A stretch of DNA of 64,000 bases from Nitriliruptoria bacterium (GTDB lineage: Bacteria; Actinomycetota; Nitriliruptoria; Euzebyales; Egibacteraceae), in NCBI GenBank assembly GCA_003550425.1, contig PUKE01000090.1, positions 31,231 through 95,230 on the forward strand. The letters are read 5' to 3'. How positions within the stretch are numbered: position 1 is the stretch's first letter; the number at the start of each line of letters is the position of its first letter. The position numbers and the translations under genes were made by a program. Below the pieces are notes generated by a model. It saw only the letters and a list, made by a program, of their open reading frames with translations, ran no database searches and had not been told where the DNA came from. Below are positions 1 through 9,301 of the stretch, piece after piece.

Positions 1-1705
1 CCGCGCCGAGGCGCTCGGGCGCCTGGGTCAGCACCGCCCCGGCCAGCAGCCCGCCGTTGGAGCGCCCCGTGATCGCCACCCTCGGGTAGCGGGTCCACCC
101 CTGGGCCACCAGCCAGTCGATCACCGCGATGGCGTCGTCGAACACCTGCTGCTTGTGCTCGCGCTTGCCCTGGTGATGCCACGCCGTGCCGTACTCGCCG
201 CCGCCCCGCAGGCTCGGCACGACCAGCACCCCGCCGCGCTCCACCCACGCGAGCCACCAGGCGCTGAACATCGGCGTGACCGGCACCATGAAGCCGCCGT
301 AGCCCCACACCAGCGTCGGGTGGTCGCCCGCCTCGAGGTCGAGGTCGCCACGCCGGACCACGAACGCCGGCACCGTCGTCCCGTCGGTCGAGGGGACGCC
401 GACCTGCTCGGTGGTCAGGCGCTCGGGATCGAACGCGAGCGCGGGGCGCCACACCTCGGTGCGCTCGCCGGTGTCGACGTCGAGGCGGTGGAGGCTGGCC
501 GGCTGCGTGAACCCCGCGAAGGTCAGGTGCGCCTGCCGGTCCTCGCGGGTGCCGCTGATCGCCCCGACCGTCCCGAGCCCGGGCAGGGCCACCTCGCCCT
601 CCGGGCTGCCGTCGAGGCGGTGGCGGGTGAGCCGGCTGCGGGCGTGATGGAGCCAGCGCACCAGGAGACGATCGCCGACCCGTGCGACGTCGGCGAGGGT
701 GTCCACCGGGTCCTGGGCCACCAGCTCGCGGCGCCGGGCCGGGTCGGCGGTGTCGACGGCGAGCACCCGCCGGCGCTCGGCCTCGAGGTCGGTGACGACC
801 AGCAGCTCCTCGCCCTCGCTGTCGACCACGCCCCACAGCGCGTCGAAGTCGGCGAGCAACGGGCGCACCGCCGCCGCGAGCTCCTCGGGATGCTGCGCTG
901 GATCGTCGAGGCCGGCGAGATCGGCGAGCCAGACGCCGTTGACGCGCTCGGTGCCACGGCTGCCGGTCAGCACCAGCCAGCGCCCGTCGTCGGTCACCTG
1001 CGGGGAGAACACCAGGCGGGGGTCGTTGGGAGCGTGATGGACCAGCACGTCGTCGGTCTGGGGGGTGCCCACGCGGTGCAGCCAGATCTGGTGGCCCTGG
1101 TTGGCGGCCTCGTGCTCCTCGCCCTCGGCGGGGGCAGCGAAGCGGCCGTAGCAGAACGCCTCGCCGTCGGGCAGCCAGGCCGCACCAGAGAACTTCGCCC
1201 ACGACAGCGCCTCGGGATGGTCCTCGCCGGTGGCCCCCTCCCGCACGTGCCAGGTCATCCAGTCCGATCCGGCGCTGCTGAGGGCATAGGCCAGCCGCTC
1301 GCCGTCGTGGCTCACCGAGGCGCCCGCGAGGGCGACCGTGCCGTCCTCGCTCAGCGCGTTGGGATCCACCAGCGGTCGGGGCTCGCCGTCGGGCGCGTCG
1401 GCGGTGACGAGGACGTCCTGGTCCTGCAGCCCGTCGTTGGCCAGCCAGAGCCAGCGCGCCCCACGGCGGCTGGGCGCGCTGCGGCGCGGCCAGTCGATCA
1501 GCTCGCGCATCCGCGTGACCAGGTCCTGGCGCAGGCTCGGCGTCTGGTCCAGCCAGGCCTCGCTCGCGCGGTTCTGCTCGGCGACCCATGCCGCCACGGC
1601 CGCGTCGTCGAGATCCTCCAGCCAGCGGTAGGGATCGGCGATCGGGGTCCCGTGGTAGTCGTCGACGACGTCGACGGTCGGGGTCGTGGGCGGGTCGTGG
1701 CGCAT
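1..1705 (-). CDS. prolyl oligopeptidase / prolyl endopeptidase (S9A serine peptidase), C-terminal end cut by window edge
   Basis: Absent from the ORF track because it runs off the window edge. Reverse complement from the ATG at 1705 reads MRHDPPTTPTVDVVDDYHGTPIADPYRWLED..., a typical POP N-terminus. The last codons at the edge read ITGRSNGGLLAGAVLTQAPERLGA (GxSxGG catalytic-serine motif). The 155..1741 + ORF is its antisense shadow. Confidence 0.85.
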   Translation of the reverse strand, partial: MRHDPPTTPTVDVVDDYHGTPIADPYRWLEDLDDAAVAAWVAEQNRASEAWLDQTPSLRQDLVTRMRELIDWPRRSAPSRRGARWLWLANDGLQDQDVLVTADAPDGEPRPLVDPNALSEDGTVALAGASVSHDGERLAYALSSAGSDWMTWHVREGATGEDHPEALSWAKFSGAAWLPDGEAFCYGRFAAPAEGEEHEAANQGHQIWLHRVGTPQTDDVLVHHAPNDPRLVFSPQVTDDGRWLVLTGSRGTERVNGVWLADLAGLDDPAQHPEELAAAVRPLLADFDALWGVVDSEGEELLVVTDLEAERRRVLAVDTADPARRRELVAQDPVDTLADVARVGDRLLVRWLHHARSRLTRHRLDGSPEGEVALPGLGTVGAISGTREDRQAHLTFAGFTQPASLHRLDVDTGERTEVWRPALAFDPERLTTEQVGVPSTDGTTVPAFVVRRGDLDLEAGDHPTLVWGYGGFMVPVTPMFSAWWLAWVERGGVLVVPSLRGGGEYGTAWHHQGKREHKQQVFDDAIAVIDWLVAQGWTRYPRVAITGRSNGGLLAGAVLTQAPERLGA

Positions 1706-1816
1706 CGCGGTCCTCGCAGCGGTCGGCTGCGGCGACGCTAGCGCCACCGGCACACCGGCGACGTCGCGCGAGCAAGGACGTGGCGGCGGCCGTGGTGGCG
1801 GCCCGAGCGCGCGGGC

Positions 1817-2548
1817 TCAGCCCAGTCGGCCCAGGCGCTCCAGGGCGATCGCGGCCGCCGCGACCGAGGCGGTCTCGGTGCGCAGCACGGTCGGGCCGAG
1901 GCTCGCGGCCGGGGGCGCTGCGGCCTGGACCTCCGCGTCGGCCAGGCCGCCCTCCGGACCGATGCCGAGCACCGCGGGACGGTCGACCCGCGCCCGAGCC
2001 AGCACGTCCCCGAGCGGCTGCGCGGCCTCCTCCCACAGCACGGCGCCGCCCGGCTCGGCGTCGAGCGCGCCCGGCCACGTCCCCACCGGCGCGATCTCGA
2101 GGGGTCGCGCGCGACGCGCCTGCTTCGCGGCGGCCACCGCGACCGCCTCCCAGCGCTGACGGGCCTTCTGGGCCTTCGCGCGCGAGGGGCGGTTCTCGCA
2201 GCGTGCGCTGACCACCGGCTCGAGCCGGTCGACGCCGAGCTCCGACAGGCGCCGCACCACCTCGTCGAGCTTGCGTCCGGTGGGCAGGGCGTGCACCACC
2301 CAGACCGGGGGGTCGGGCGGGGGGATGTCGTGGCGCTCCTCGAGCGCGACGAGGACCGAGGGGTCGCGGCGCACGATCCTGCCCTGCCACACGGTGCCGT
2401 GCCCGTCGGCCACGCTGACCGCGTCCCCCTCGCCGCGCCGCAGCGAGCGGGTCAGGTGATGGGCGTCCTCGGCGGCGAGCTCCGCGACGTCGTCACCCAC
2501 CGCCTCGGGTGCCACCAGCACATGGGGGCCATGGGTGGGCAGGCGCAC
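1817..2548 (-). CDS. rsmE: 16S rRNA (uracil1498-N3)-methyltransferase RsmE
   Basis: 243-aa ORF with RsmE-like layout (PUA-like N-terminus; C-terminal LGIGPEGGL...LGPTVLRTETA SPOUT motif). Sits directly downstream of dnaJ as in the conserved hrcA-dnaJ-rsmE arrangement. GTG start; the exact start is uncertain. Confidence 0.85.
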   Translation of the reverse strand: MRLPTHGPHVLVAPEAVGDDVAELAAEDAHHLTRSLRRGEGDAVSVADGHGTVWQGRIVRRDPSVLVALEERHDIPPPDPPVWVVHALPTGRKLDEVVRRLSELGVDRLEPVVSARCENRPSRAKAQKARQRWEAVAVAAAKQARRARPLEIAPVGTWPGALDAEPGGAVLWEEAAQPLGDVLARARVDRPAVLGIGPEGGLADAEVQAAAPPAASLGPTVLRTETASVAAAAIALERLGRLG

Positions 2549-2593
2549 GTCGGGGTCCTCGAGCGAGCGGGCAGGGGCGCAGGACGGGGGCCG

Positions 2594-3742
2594 CTAGGCG
2601 CCGAAGACCTCGCGCAGGCGCCCCAGGAAGCCGCGGTGGCCCGCACCGCTGGGCGCCTCCTCGCCCCGCTCGGCGGCCAGCTCGCGCAGCAGCTCCCGCT
2701 GGCGATCGGTCAGGCGCGTGGGCGTCTCGACGCGGCAGTGGACGTGCAGGTCGCCGCGGGCCGAGCCGCTGTTGAGCTTGGGCATGCCCTGGCGGCGCAG
2801 GGTCAGCACGTCGCCGGTCTGGGTGCCCGCGGGCACCTCGAGCTGCTCCTCGCCGTGCAGCGTGGGGACCTTGAGCTCGGCACCGAGCGCTGCCTGGGTC
2901 ATGGGCAGGCGCAGCTCGCAGTGCAGGTCGTTGCCCTCGCGCTGGAACACCTCGTGGGGGTCGATGCGCACGCGCACGTACAGGTCGCCCGCGGGGGCGC
3001 CCTGCCGTCCGGCCTCGCCGCGACCGCTCATGCGCAGGCGCGTGCCGTCATCCACGCCCGGGGGCACCTCGACGGTGACGGTCTCGGTCACCTCGCGGCG
3101 CCCCTGGCCGCTGCACACGCTGCACGGCTGGGCGACGGTGCGCCCAGCCCCCTCACAGGTGGGGCAGACCCCGCTGGTCAGCATCTGGCCGAACACGCTG
3201 CGCCGGACCTGCTGGACCGCGCCCGCGCCGCCGCAGGTCTTGCAGGTGACCGGGCCGCCCGAGCCCGGGGCGGCGCCCGAGCCCTCGCAGGTGTCGCACT
3301 CGCGCTGCAGGGTGACCTCGACCTCGCGGCGCACGCCGGCGGCCGCCTCCTCCAGCGACAGCCGCAGGTCGATGATCGCGTCGCGGCCGCTGCCGCGGCG
3401 GGCGCGCCCACGGCCGGCACCGGCCCCGGGGCCGCCCATCCCGCCACCGAAGGCGCTGCCGAAGAACGTGTCGATCAGGTCCTGCAGGTCGCCGAAGCCG
3501 GCGAAGGGGTCGCCGCCCATCCCGGCCGACCCGCCCGGGCCACGGGGATCGCCGTAGCGGTCGTAGTTCTGGCGCGCCTCGGGGTTCTTCAGCACCTCGT
3601 AGGCAGCGGTGAGCTCCTTGAACTCCTCGGGATCGCCGCCGGCGTCGGGGTGCAGCTCCCGCGCCTTGCGCCGGTAGTCCTTCTTGATCTCGTCCTCGGT
3701 CGCGTCTCGGGACACGCCGAGGACCTCGTAGAGGTCGCGCAC
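2594..3742 (-). CDS. dnaJ: molecular chaperone DnaJ
   Basis: J-domain (DLYEVLGV...HPD), G/F-rich linker and four CxxCxGxG zinc-finger repeats (CDTCEGSG, CKTCGGAG, CPTCEGAG, CSVCSGQG). GTG start preceded by GGAG. Confidence 0.95.
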   Translation of the reverse strand: MRDLYEVLGVSRDATEDEIKKDYRRKARELHPDAGGDPEEFKELTAAYEVLKNPEARQNYDRYGDPRGPGGSAGMGGDPFAGFGDLQDLIDTFFGSAFGGGMGGPGAGAGRGRARRGSGRDAIIDLRLSLEEAAAGVRREVEVTLQRECDTCEGSGAAPGSGGPVTCKTCGGAGAVQQVRRSVFGQMLTSGVCPTCEGAGRTVAQPCSVCSGQGRREVTETVTVEVPPGVDDGTRLRMSGRGEAGRQGAPAGDLYVRVRIDPHEVFQREGNDLHCELRLPMTQAALGAELKVPTLHGEEQLEVPAGTQTGDVLTLRRQGMPKLNSGSARGDLHVHCRVETPTRLTDRQRELLRELAAERGEEAPSGAGHRGFLGRLREVFGA

Positions 3743-3805
3743 GAGCTCATCTCCGCAGTCGGGACCGGTGCGACGTGGTCCTCGTCGGCAGCAGCGGGCC
3801 GTTCG

Positions 3806-4858
3806 TCAGGCGCGGCTGCTCGGCGGGTCGTGGTCGGCGTCGAGCTCCGCCAGCGCCTTCTCCAGGGACGAGGCTACCGTCTGCACGGCGGCCAGCGTCC
3901 GGGGGTAGTCCATCCGGGTGGGTCCGAGGACGCCGAGCGAGCCCGTCGCGCCCTCCCCCGCGTCGTAGCCGGCGGCCACGATCGCCGCCGGCGCCACATC
4001 GCCGATCGGCAGCTCACGGCCGATGCGCACCGCCGGGTCGCCGCCGGCGAGCGCGTCGCGCAGCAGCTGCAGCGCCACGACCTGCTCCTCGACCGCCTCG
4101 TAGACGGCCCGCACCTGGCCGGGCTGCTCGAACCCGGTGGCGAGGTTGGCGGTCCCGCCCAGGAACAGCTCGCGGTCGCTGCCGTCGTCCGGGTGCAGCG
4201 CGGCGGCCAGCGCCTCGACCAGCGGGCGCACGTCCTCGCTGCAGCCCTCGGCCAGCCCCGCGGTGACCTCGGCGGCCGCGCGGAGGCTCAAGCCGGCGAC
4301 GGCCTCGTTGACCGCCCAGCGGGCCCGTTGCAGGGTGTGCTCGTCGACGACGTGCTCGTCGAGCTCGAGGGTGCGCTTGTCCACGCGCCCGGTCTGTCCG
4401 ATGACGATCGCCAGCACCTGATGACCGCCGAGGCGCACCAGCTCGACGTGACGCACGCGCGTGCCCGCCGGCGACGGCGCGGCGACCAGCGCCGCGAAGC
4501 GCGTCAGCCGGGACAGGACCTGGGAGGAGCGTCGCAGCAGCTGCTCGGCATCCACCGAGCCGAGCAGGTGGCGCTCCACGGCGGCCTGCTGCTGGGGCGT
4601 GGGCGTGGCGAGGTGGACCATGCGGTCCACGTAGCGCCGGTAGCCGGCATCGGTGGGCACGCGCCCGGCCGAGGTGTGGGGCTGGGTGATCAGCCCCGCG
4701 TCCTCCAGGGCGCTCATGTCGGCGCGGACGGTGGCCGAGGACACGCCGAGCGCGGCCTCCTCGGCCACGCGCTTGGAGCCGACGGGCTCGCCGTGGCGGA
4801 CGTAGCCTCGCACCACGGCCTCGAGCACGGTGAGCTTGCGCTCGTCCAGCTCGCCCAT
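3806..4858 (-). CDS. hrcA: heat-inducible transcriptional repressor HrcA
   Basis: Within ORF 3806..5941. The ATG at 4858 is preceded by GGGGAGGTG. Product MGELDERKLTVLEAVV...GSKRVAEEA...SSATVRADMSALEDAGLITQPHTSAGRVPT is the HrcA winged-helix N-terminus. The part of the ORF upstream of 4858 overlaps dhaM and is Arg/Gly-rich. Confidence 0.92.
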   Translation of the reverse strand: MGELDERKLTVLEAVVRGYVRHGEPVGSKRVAEEAALGVSSATVRADMSALEDAGLITQPHTSAGRVPTDAGYRRYVDRMVHLATPTPQQQAAVERHLLGSVDAEQLLRRSSQVLSRLTRFAALVAAPSPAGTRVRHVELVRLGGHQVLAIVIGQTGRVDKRTLELDEHVVDEHTLQRARWAVNEAVAGLSLRAAAEVTAGLAEGCSEDVRPLVEALAAALHPDDGSDRELFLGGTANLATGFEQPGQVRAVYEAVEEQVVALQLLRDALAGGDPAVRIGRELPIGDVAPAAIVAAGYDAGEGATGSLGVLGPTRMDYPRTLAAVQTVASSLEKALAELDADHDPPSSRA

Positions 4859-5001
4859 CGACTCACCTCCCCTCGTGACGCTCGCGCGTCCCTCGTGCCG
4901 CGACCCGATCGCAGCCTGATCCGGCCGGCAGCACGCGTCGCTGCAGCCTATGAGCAGTGTCGCACCGTGCGGGATCGCGCTCAACGCACCCGACGTGGCC
5001 G

Positions 5002-7476
5002 TCAGGGCCCCGCCGTGGCGGCCGCCAGCCGCGCCCGGGCCTCGGCGAGGTCGACCGCGCGCAGCGCGGCCTTGACCGCGGGCACGGCTGCGGGGGCCAC
5101 CGACAGCTCGCGCACCCCCGCGCCGACCAGCACGGTCGCCACGTGAGGATCGGCGGCCGCGTCGCCGCACACGCCGACCCAGCAGCCGGCCTCCTCGGCC
5201 GCCTCGCACAGCTGGCGGACCAGCCGCACCACGGCCGGGTGGTCGGGCCGAGCGAGGTGGGCCACCTCGGGCAGGGTGCGGTCGACCGCCAGGGCGTACT
5301 GCACGAGGTCGTTGGTGCCCACGCTGAAGAAGTCGACCTCGGGCGCCAGGTGGTCGGCGGCCACCGCCGCTGCGGGCACCTCGACCATGACCCCGACCTC
5401 CTCGGGCCAGCCGCGCGCCTGCCCGCGCGCGTCGAGGTCCGCCGCCGCCTCGGCGAGGGCCGCCCGCGCGGCGCGCAGCTCGCTCGCGTCGGAGACCATC
5501 GGGAACATGACCGCCACGCGGTGCTCGGCGGCCACGCGCAGGATGGCCCGCAGCTGGGTGGCCAGCACCGCGGGGTGCGCGAGACCATGGCGCAGGCCAC
5601 GCTGGCCGAGGAAGCCGTGGCGCACCGGGTCCAGGTCCAGGGCCGGGAGCGGCTTGTCCCCTCCCGCGTCGAGGGTGCGCACGATCACGCGCGCCGGAGC
5701 GATCGCCTCGCAGACCGCGGCGAGGTCGCGCGCCTGCTCGTCCTCGTCGGGCAGGTCGGTGCGCTCCAGGAACGCCATCTCGGTGCGCAGCAGCCCGATC
5801 CCCTCCGCCCCGGCGGTCGCGGCCATCGCCGCCTCGGCGGGGCGCGCGGCGTTGGCGGCGACCTCCACGCGGGTGCCGTCGGCCAGGCGGGCCGGCTCCT
5901 GGGCCGCCGCCAGCCGCTCCTGGCGCTCCTCCTCCTGGCACGCCAGGCGCGCTCGCGCGGCCTCGAGGGCGCCGGCCTCGGGGTCGACGGTGAGCTCGCC
6001 CGCGTCGCCGTCCACCACGATCATGGTGCCCTCGGCCAGGTCGGCGACGCCGGGTCCGAGCCCCGTCACCGCGGGCACCCCGGCGGCGCGCGCGAGGATC
6101 ATCGCGTGCGAGGTCGGCGCGCCGCGGCCGAGCGCCAGGCCACCCACGCCGGCGTCGACCAGCGCGGGCACCTGCGAGGGCAGCACGTCGTCAGCCACCA
6201 CCACCGCGCCCTCGGGGACGTCCGGCGCCGCGGCGGGCACCCCGAGCTCGCGCAGCACGCGGCGGCCCACGTCGAGCACGTCGGCGGCCCGCGCGGCCAG
6301 CGCCTCCCCCTCCAGCGCCGCCAGCCGCTCGTGCTGGGCGGCGACCGCGTCTCGCCAGGCACGGGCTGCGCCCGTCCCCGCGTCCAGGCGCGCGCGCACG
6401 GCGTCGTGCAGGGCCGGGTCGTCGAGCAGCAGCTCGTGGGCAGCGAAGATCTCGCCCTCGGGGCCGCGCGCGAGCGCCTCGAGCTCCCCGCGCACCCGCG
6501 CGACGGCGGCCTCGAGCCGTCCGCCCTCGCCGTCGGGGTCCGCGCCGCCCTTGGGCGGGCCGTCCTCGGGATCGTGCTCGGACTCCTCGGGCTCGGGCAG
6601 CGCGGCGTCGAGGCGGGCGGCGGGCCCGATCGCCAGCCCGCCGACCACGGGGACGCCACGACGCGAGGCGCCGGCGACGAGCGGTGCCGCGTCGGGACCG
6701 GCCGCCCTGTCGCCGTCGGCGGTCGCAGGACCCGCCGGGGCCGGCGCGTCACCTGGCTCCTGGGCCTCGTGATCGGCCTCGCCGAAGCCATCGCGGGCCA
6801 GCGCCGCGATGCGCTCCACGGCGCGCTCCGCGTCGGGCCCCCAGCCCTCGATGACGAGCTCGGCGCCCCTCGTGGCGCCCAGGCCCACCATGGCCAGCAG
6901 CGAGCGCGCGGAGACCCCCTCCTGCTCCGGGGTGCGTACGCGGACCTCGGCGCGCACGTCGTGCAGCTCGCGGGCCAGCATCGCTGCCGGCCGGGCATGC
7001 AGGCCCAAGGGGTTGACCAGGGTCACGGTGCGCCGGGCATCCGGCTCGCCCTCCACCGCGGCGTCCGGCGACGCCGGTGCCGCATCGGGCCCGGCGCCAG
7101 CGCCCGCGGCCCGCGCGGCGGCAGCGACCTGGTGGACGTCCGCGCCTCCGGCCGCGGTGGTCGCGGCCGCCAGCGCGCCCTCGACCAGCGGCGCATCGCA
7201 GAGCAGTCGGCGCTCCTGGGTCTCGGGATCGCCGAACTCCAGGGCGGTCTGGGCGGTGAGCTCGGCGCCGCCGAGGTCGTACAGGACCACGAGGCCCTCG
7301 CCCTGGTCAGCCCTCTCGAGGGCCTTCAGGATCTCATCGAGGCTGGTGCCCAGCCCGCCGTCCTCGTCCCCGCCGGTCGCGGCGATGGGGACGCCGGGGC
7401 TCATCTGGGCGGCAAGCTCCCGCGCGCCGGCGGCGATGGCGGCACTGTGACTCACGAGCACCACGCCCACGGTCAT
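5002..7476 (-). CDS. dhaM: PTS-dependent dihydroxyacetone kinase phosphotransferase subunit DhaM, fused EIIA(Man)-like + HPr-like + full-length Enzyme I
   Basis: ATG at 7476 preceded by GAGGAGGAGAGG. Three domains are visible. N-terminal DhaM/EIIA-Man-like: MTVGVVLVSHSAAIA. HPr-like: VTLVNPLGLHARPAA. Complete PEP-utilising EI: GRGAPTSHAMILARAAG, GLLRTEMAFL, FFSVGTNDLVQY, VGVCGDAAADP. Confidence 0.9.
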   Translation of the reverse strand: MTVGVVLVSHSAAIAAGARELAAQMSPGVPIAATGGDEDGGLGTSLDEILKALERADQGEGLVVLYDLGGAELTAQTALEFGDPETQERRLLCDAPLVEGALAAATTAAGGADVHQVAAAARAAGAGAGPDAAPASPDAAVEGEPDARRTVTLVNPLGLHARPAAMLARELHDVRAEVRVRTPEQEGVSARSLLAMVGLGATRGAELVIEGWGPDAERAVERIAALARDGFGEADHEAQEPGDAPAPAGPATADGDRAAGPDAAPLVAGASRRGVPVVGGLAIGPAARLDAALPEPEESEHDPEDGPPKGGADPDGEGGRLEAAVARVRGELEALARGPEGEIFAAHELLLDDPALHDAVRARLDAGTGAARAWRDAVAAQHERLAALEGEALAARAADVLDVGRRVLRELGVPAAAPDVPEGAVVVADDVLPSQVPALVDAGVGGLALGRGAPTSHAMILARAAGVPAVTGLGPGVADLAEGTMIVVDGDAGELTVDPEAGALEAARARLACQEEERQERLAAAQEPARLADGTRVEVAANAARPAEAAMAATAGAEGIGLLRTEMAFLERTDLPDEDEQARDLAAVCEAIAPARVIVRTLDAGGDKPLPALDLDPVRHGFLGQRGLRHGLAHPAVLATQLRAILRVAAEHRVAVMFPMVSDASELRAARAALAEAAADLDARGQARGWPEEVGVMVEVPAAAVAADHLAPEVDFFSVGTNDLVQYALAVDRTLPEVAHLARPDHPAVVRLVRQLCEAAEEAGCWVGVCGDAAADPHVATVLVGAGVRELSVAPAAVPAVKAALRAVDLAEARARLAAATAGP

Positions 7477-7567
7477 GCGCCTCTCCTCCTCTTGCCCAGC
7501 CGACGACGGTCGGGCCCCGGTGTGGTGCGTCCCCCGCGAGCGATGCGACGCGTGGGGCCTCGACACG

Positions 7568-7600
7568 CCGGTGACGCGGCCGTGATGGCCGCGTCACCGG
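7568..7600 (-). terminator. perfect 14-bp stem / 5-nt loop hairpin in the glpK-dhaM spacer
   Basis: ccggtgacgcggcc gtgat ggccgcgtcaccgg read directly from the sequence. No U-tract follows. Role (terminator, attenuator or processing site) is unknown. Confidence 0.5.
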
Positions 7601-7641
7601 CGCCGAACCGAGCCGGGTGCGTGCTGGCCCGGCCCGGTGGG

Positions 7642-7672
7642 CGTCGAGCGGGGGCGGGAATCCCGCTCGACG
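7642..7672 (-). terminator. 11-bp stem / 9-nt loop hairpin 9 nt downstream of the glpK stop
   Basis: cgtcgagcggg ggcgggaat cccgctcgacg. Its position immediately 3' of the glpK stop codon (7682-7684) fits an intrinsic terminator or RNA-stabilising stem-loop. No clear U-tract. Confidence 0.55.
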
Positions 7673-7681
7673 GGGGTAGGG

Positions 7682-9202
7682 CTAGCCCTCGACGTCGACC
7701 CAGCCGAAGGTGCGCTCGATGGCCTTCTTCCAGCCGGTGTAGCCGTCCTCACGCTGCTGGTCGGTCCACTGCGGGTTCCAGCGCTTGTCCTCGTTCCAGT
7801 TGTCCTTCATCTCCTGGAAGTTGCTCCAGAAGCCGACGGCCCAACCGGCGGCGTAGGCGGAGCCCAGCGCCGTGGTCTCGGCCACGACCGGGCGGACGAC
7901 CGGCACGCCGAGGATGTCGGCCTGCATCTGCATGAGGGTGTCGTTGATGGTGGCGCCGCCGTCCACGCGCAGCTCCTCGAGCTCCACGCCCGAGTCCTTG
8001 CGCATGGCCTCGGCGACGTCCTTGGTCTGGTAGCAGATCGACTCGAGCGTCGCCCGAGCGATGTGGTTGCGGTTGACGAACCGGCTCAGGCCGACGATCA
8101 CGCCGCGGGCGTCGGAGCGCCAGTACGGGGCGAACAGCCCGGAGAACGCCGGCACGAAGTAGGCGCCGCCGCTGTCCTCCACGCGCTTGGCCATCGGCTC
8201 GGTGTCCGCCGCGTCCTGGATCAGGCCCAGCTGGTCGCGCAGCCACTGCACGGCCGAGCCGGTGACGGCGATGGAGCCCTCGAGGCAGTACACCGCCGGG
8301 TTGTCGCCGAACTGGTAGCCGACCGTGGTCAGCAGGCCCGACGGCGACGGGACGATGTCGTTGCCGGTGTTGAGCAGGAAGAAGTTGCCGGTGCCATAGG
8401 TGTTCTTGCCCTCGCCGGGCTCGAAGCAGACCTGGCCCACCGTGGCGCCCTGCTGGTCGCCCAGCAGGCCCGCGACGGGGACCTCGGCACCGACCGGGCC
8501 GCTGGCCGGCGTCACGCCATAGCCGCCCGGCTTCGCGCTCGGCTCGATGGAGGGCAGCATCGCCCGCGGGATGCCGAAGAACCCGAGGAGCTCGTCGTCC
8601 CAGTCGAGCGTCTCGAGGTTCATGAGCATCGTGCGGCTGGCGTTGGTCACGTCGGTGGCGTGCACGCCGCCGTTGATGCCGCCGGTCATGTTCCACAGCA
8701 CCCAGGTGTCGATGGTGCCGAAGATGGCCTCGCCCTTCTCGGCGGCCTCCTTCAGGCCGTCGACGTTCTCCAGCATCCACTGGAGCTTGCCGCCGGAGAA
8801 GTAGGTCGCGGGCGGCAGGCCGGCCTTGCGCTTGATGACCTCGCCCTTGCCCTCGCGGTCGAGCTTGCTGGCGATGCGGTCGGTGCGCGTGTCCTGCCAG
8901 ACGATCGCGTTGTACCAGGGGCGGCCCGTCTTGGGGTTCCACACCACGGTGGTCTCGCGCTGGTTGGTGACGCCGATGGCGGCCAGGTCGGACCCGGCCA
9001 CGCCAGCAGACTCCAGACCGGTCTCGATGGTGGTGCGGGTGCGCTCCCAGATCTCGACGGGGTCGTGCTCCACCCAGCCGGCCTGCGGCAGGATCTGCTC
9101 ATGCTCGAGCTGGTGGCTGCCGATCACGTTGCCACCGAAGTCGAAGATCATGAACCGCGTGCTGGTCGTGCCCTGGTCGATTGCGGCTACGTACTGTGCC
9201 AT
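7682..9202 (-). CDS. glpK: glycerol kinase
   Basis: 506 aa. [20 protein letters not shown]...GWVEHDP is the canonical FGGY glycerol kinase N-terminus. ATG preceded by GAGGAGAA. Confidence 0.97.
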   Translation of the reverse strand: MAQYVAAIDQGTTSTRFMIFDFGGNVIGSHQLEHEQILPQAGWVEHDPVEIWERTRTTIETGLESAGVAGSDLAAIGVTNQRETTVVWNPKTGRPWYNAIVWQDTRTDRIASKLDREGKGEVIKRKAGLPPATYFSGGKLQWMLENVDGLKEAAEKGEAIFGTIDTWVLWNMTGGINGGVHATDVTNASRTMLMNLETLDWDDELLGFFGIPRAMLPSIEPSAKPGGYGVTPASGPVGAEVPVAGLLGDQQGATVGQVCFEPGEGKNTYGTGNFFLLNTGNDIVPSPSGLLTTVGYQFGDNPAVYCLEGSIAVTGSAVQWLRDQLGLIQDAADTEPMAKRVEDSGGAYFVPAFSGLFAPYWRSDARGVIVGLSRFVNRNHIARATLESICYQTKDVAEAMRKDSGVELEELRVDGGATINDTLMQMQADILGVPVVRPVVAETTALGSAYAAGWAVGFWSNFQEMKDNWNEDKRWNPQWTDQQREDGYTGWKKAIERTFGWVDVEG

Positions 9203-9301
9203 CGCGCTTCTCCTCGTTCGCTCGGGTTCCTCGTGCGTCCACCGGTGGTGGACTCGTGCGTCGAACGGGTGACGCGACGGTGTTGCCCCGCCACCCCGTG
9301 G

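Noticed and set aside
155-1741. 528-aa plus-strand ORF covering the start of the window
   Set aside because: Its composition is Arg/Ala/Gly/Pro/His-rich with no motifs. It lies exactly antisense to a minus-strand frame that translates into a clear prolyl oligopeptidase (DPYRWLED..., GRSNGG). It is a shadow ORF of a high-GC gene.
4941-4990. Possible CIRCE (HrcA operator) or HAIR element upstream of hrcA
   Set aside because: Only a weak imperfect inverted repeat (TTGAGCG...CTGCTCA, arms about 20 nt apart) is present. It matches neither TTAGCACTC-N9-GAGTGCTAA nor CTTGAGT-N7-ACTCAAG in sequence or spacing.
3806-5941. 711-aa version of the hrcA ORF, and other N-terminally extended ORFs (9302..10564, 12504..13922, 26449..27750, 35573..37504, 38973..40832, 50670..52856, 54728..56335, 61391..63652)
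   Set aside because: The extensions overlap the neighbouring upstream genes in another frame and are Arg/Gly/Pro-rich. In each case an internal start with a good SD coincides with the beginning of the recognisable protein.
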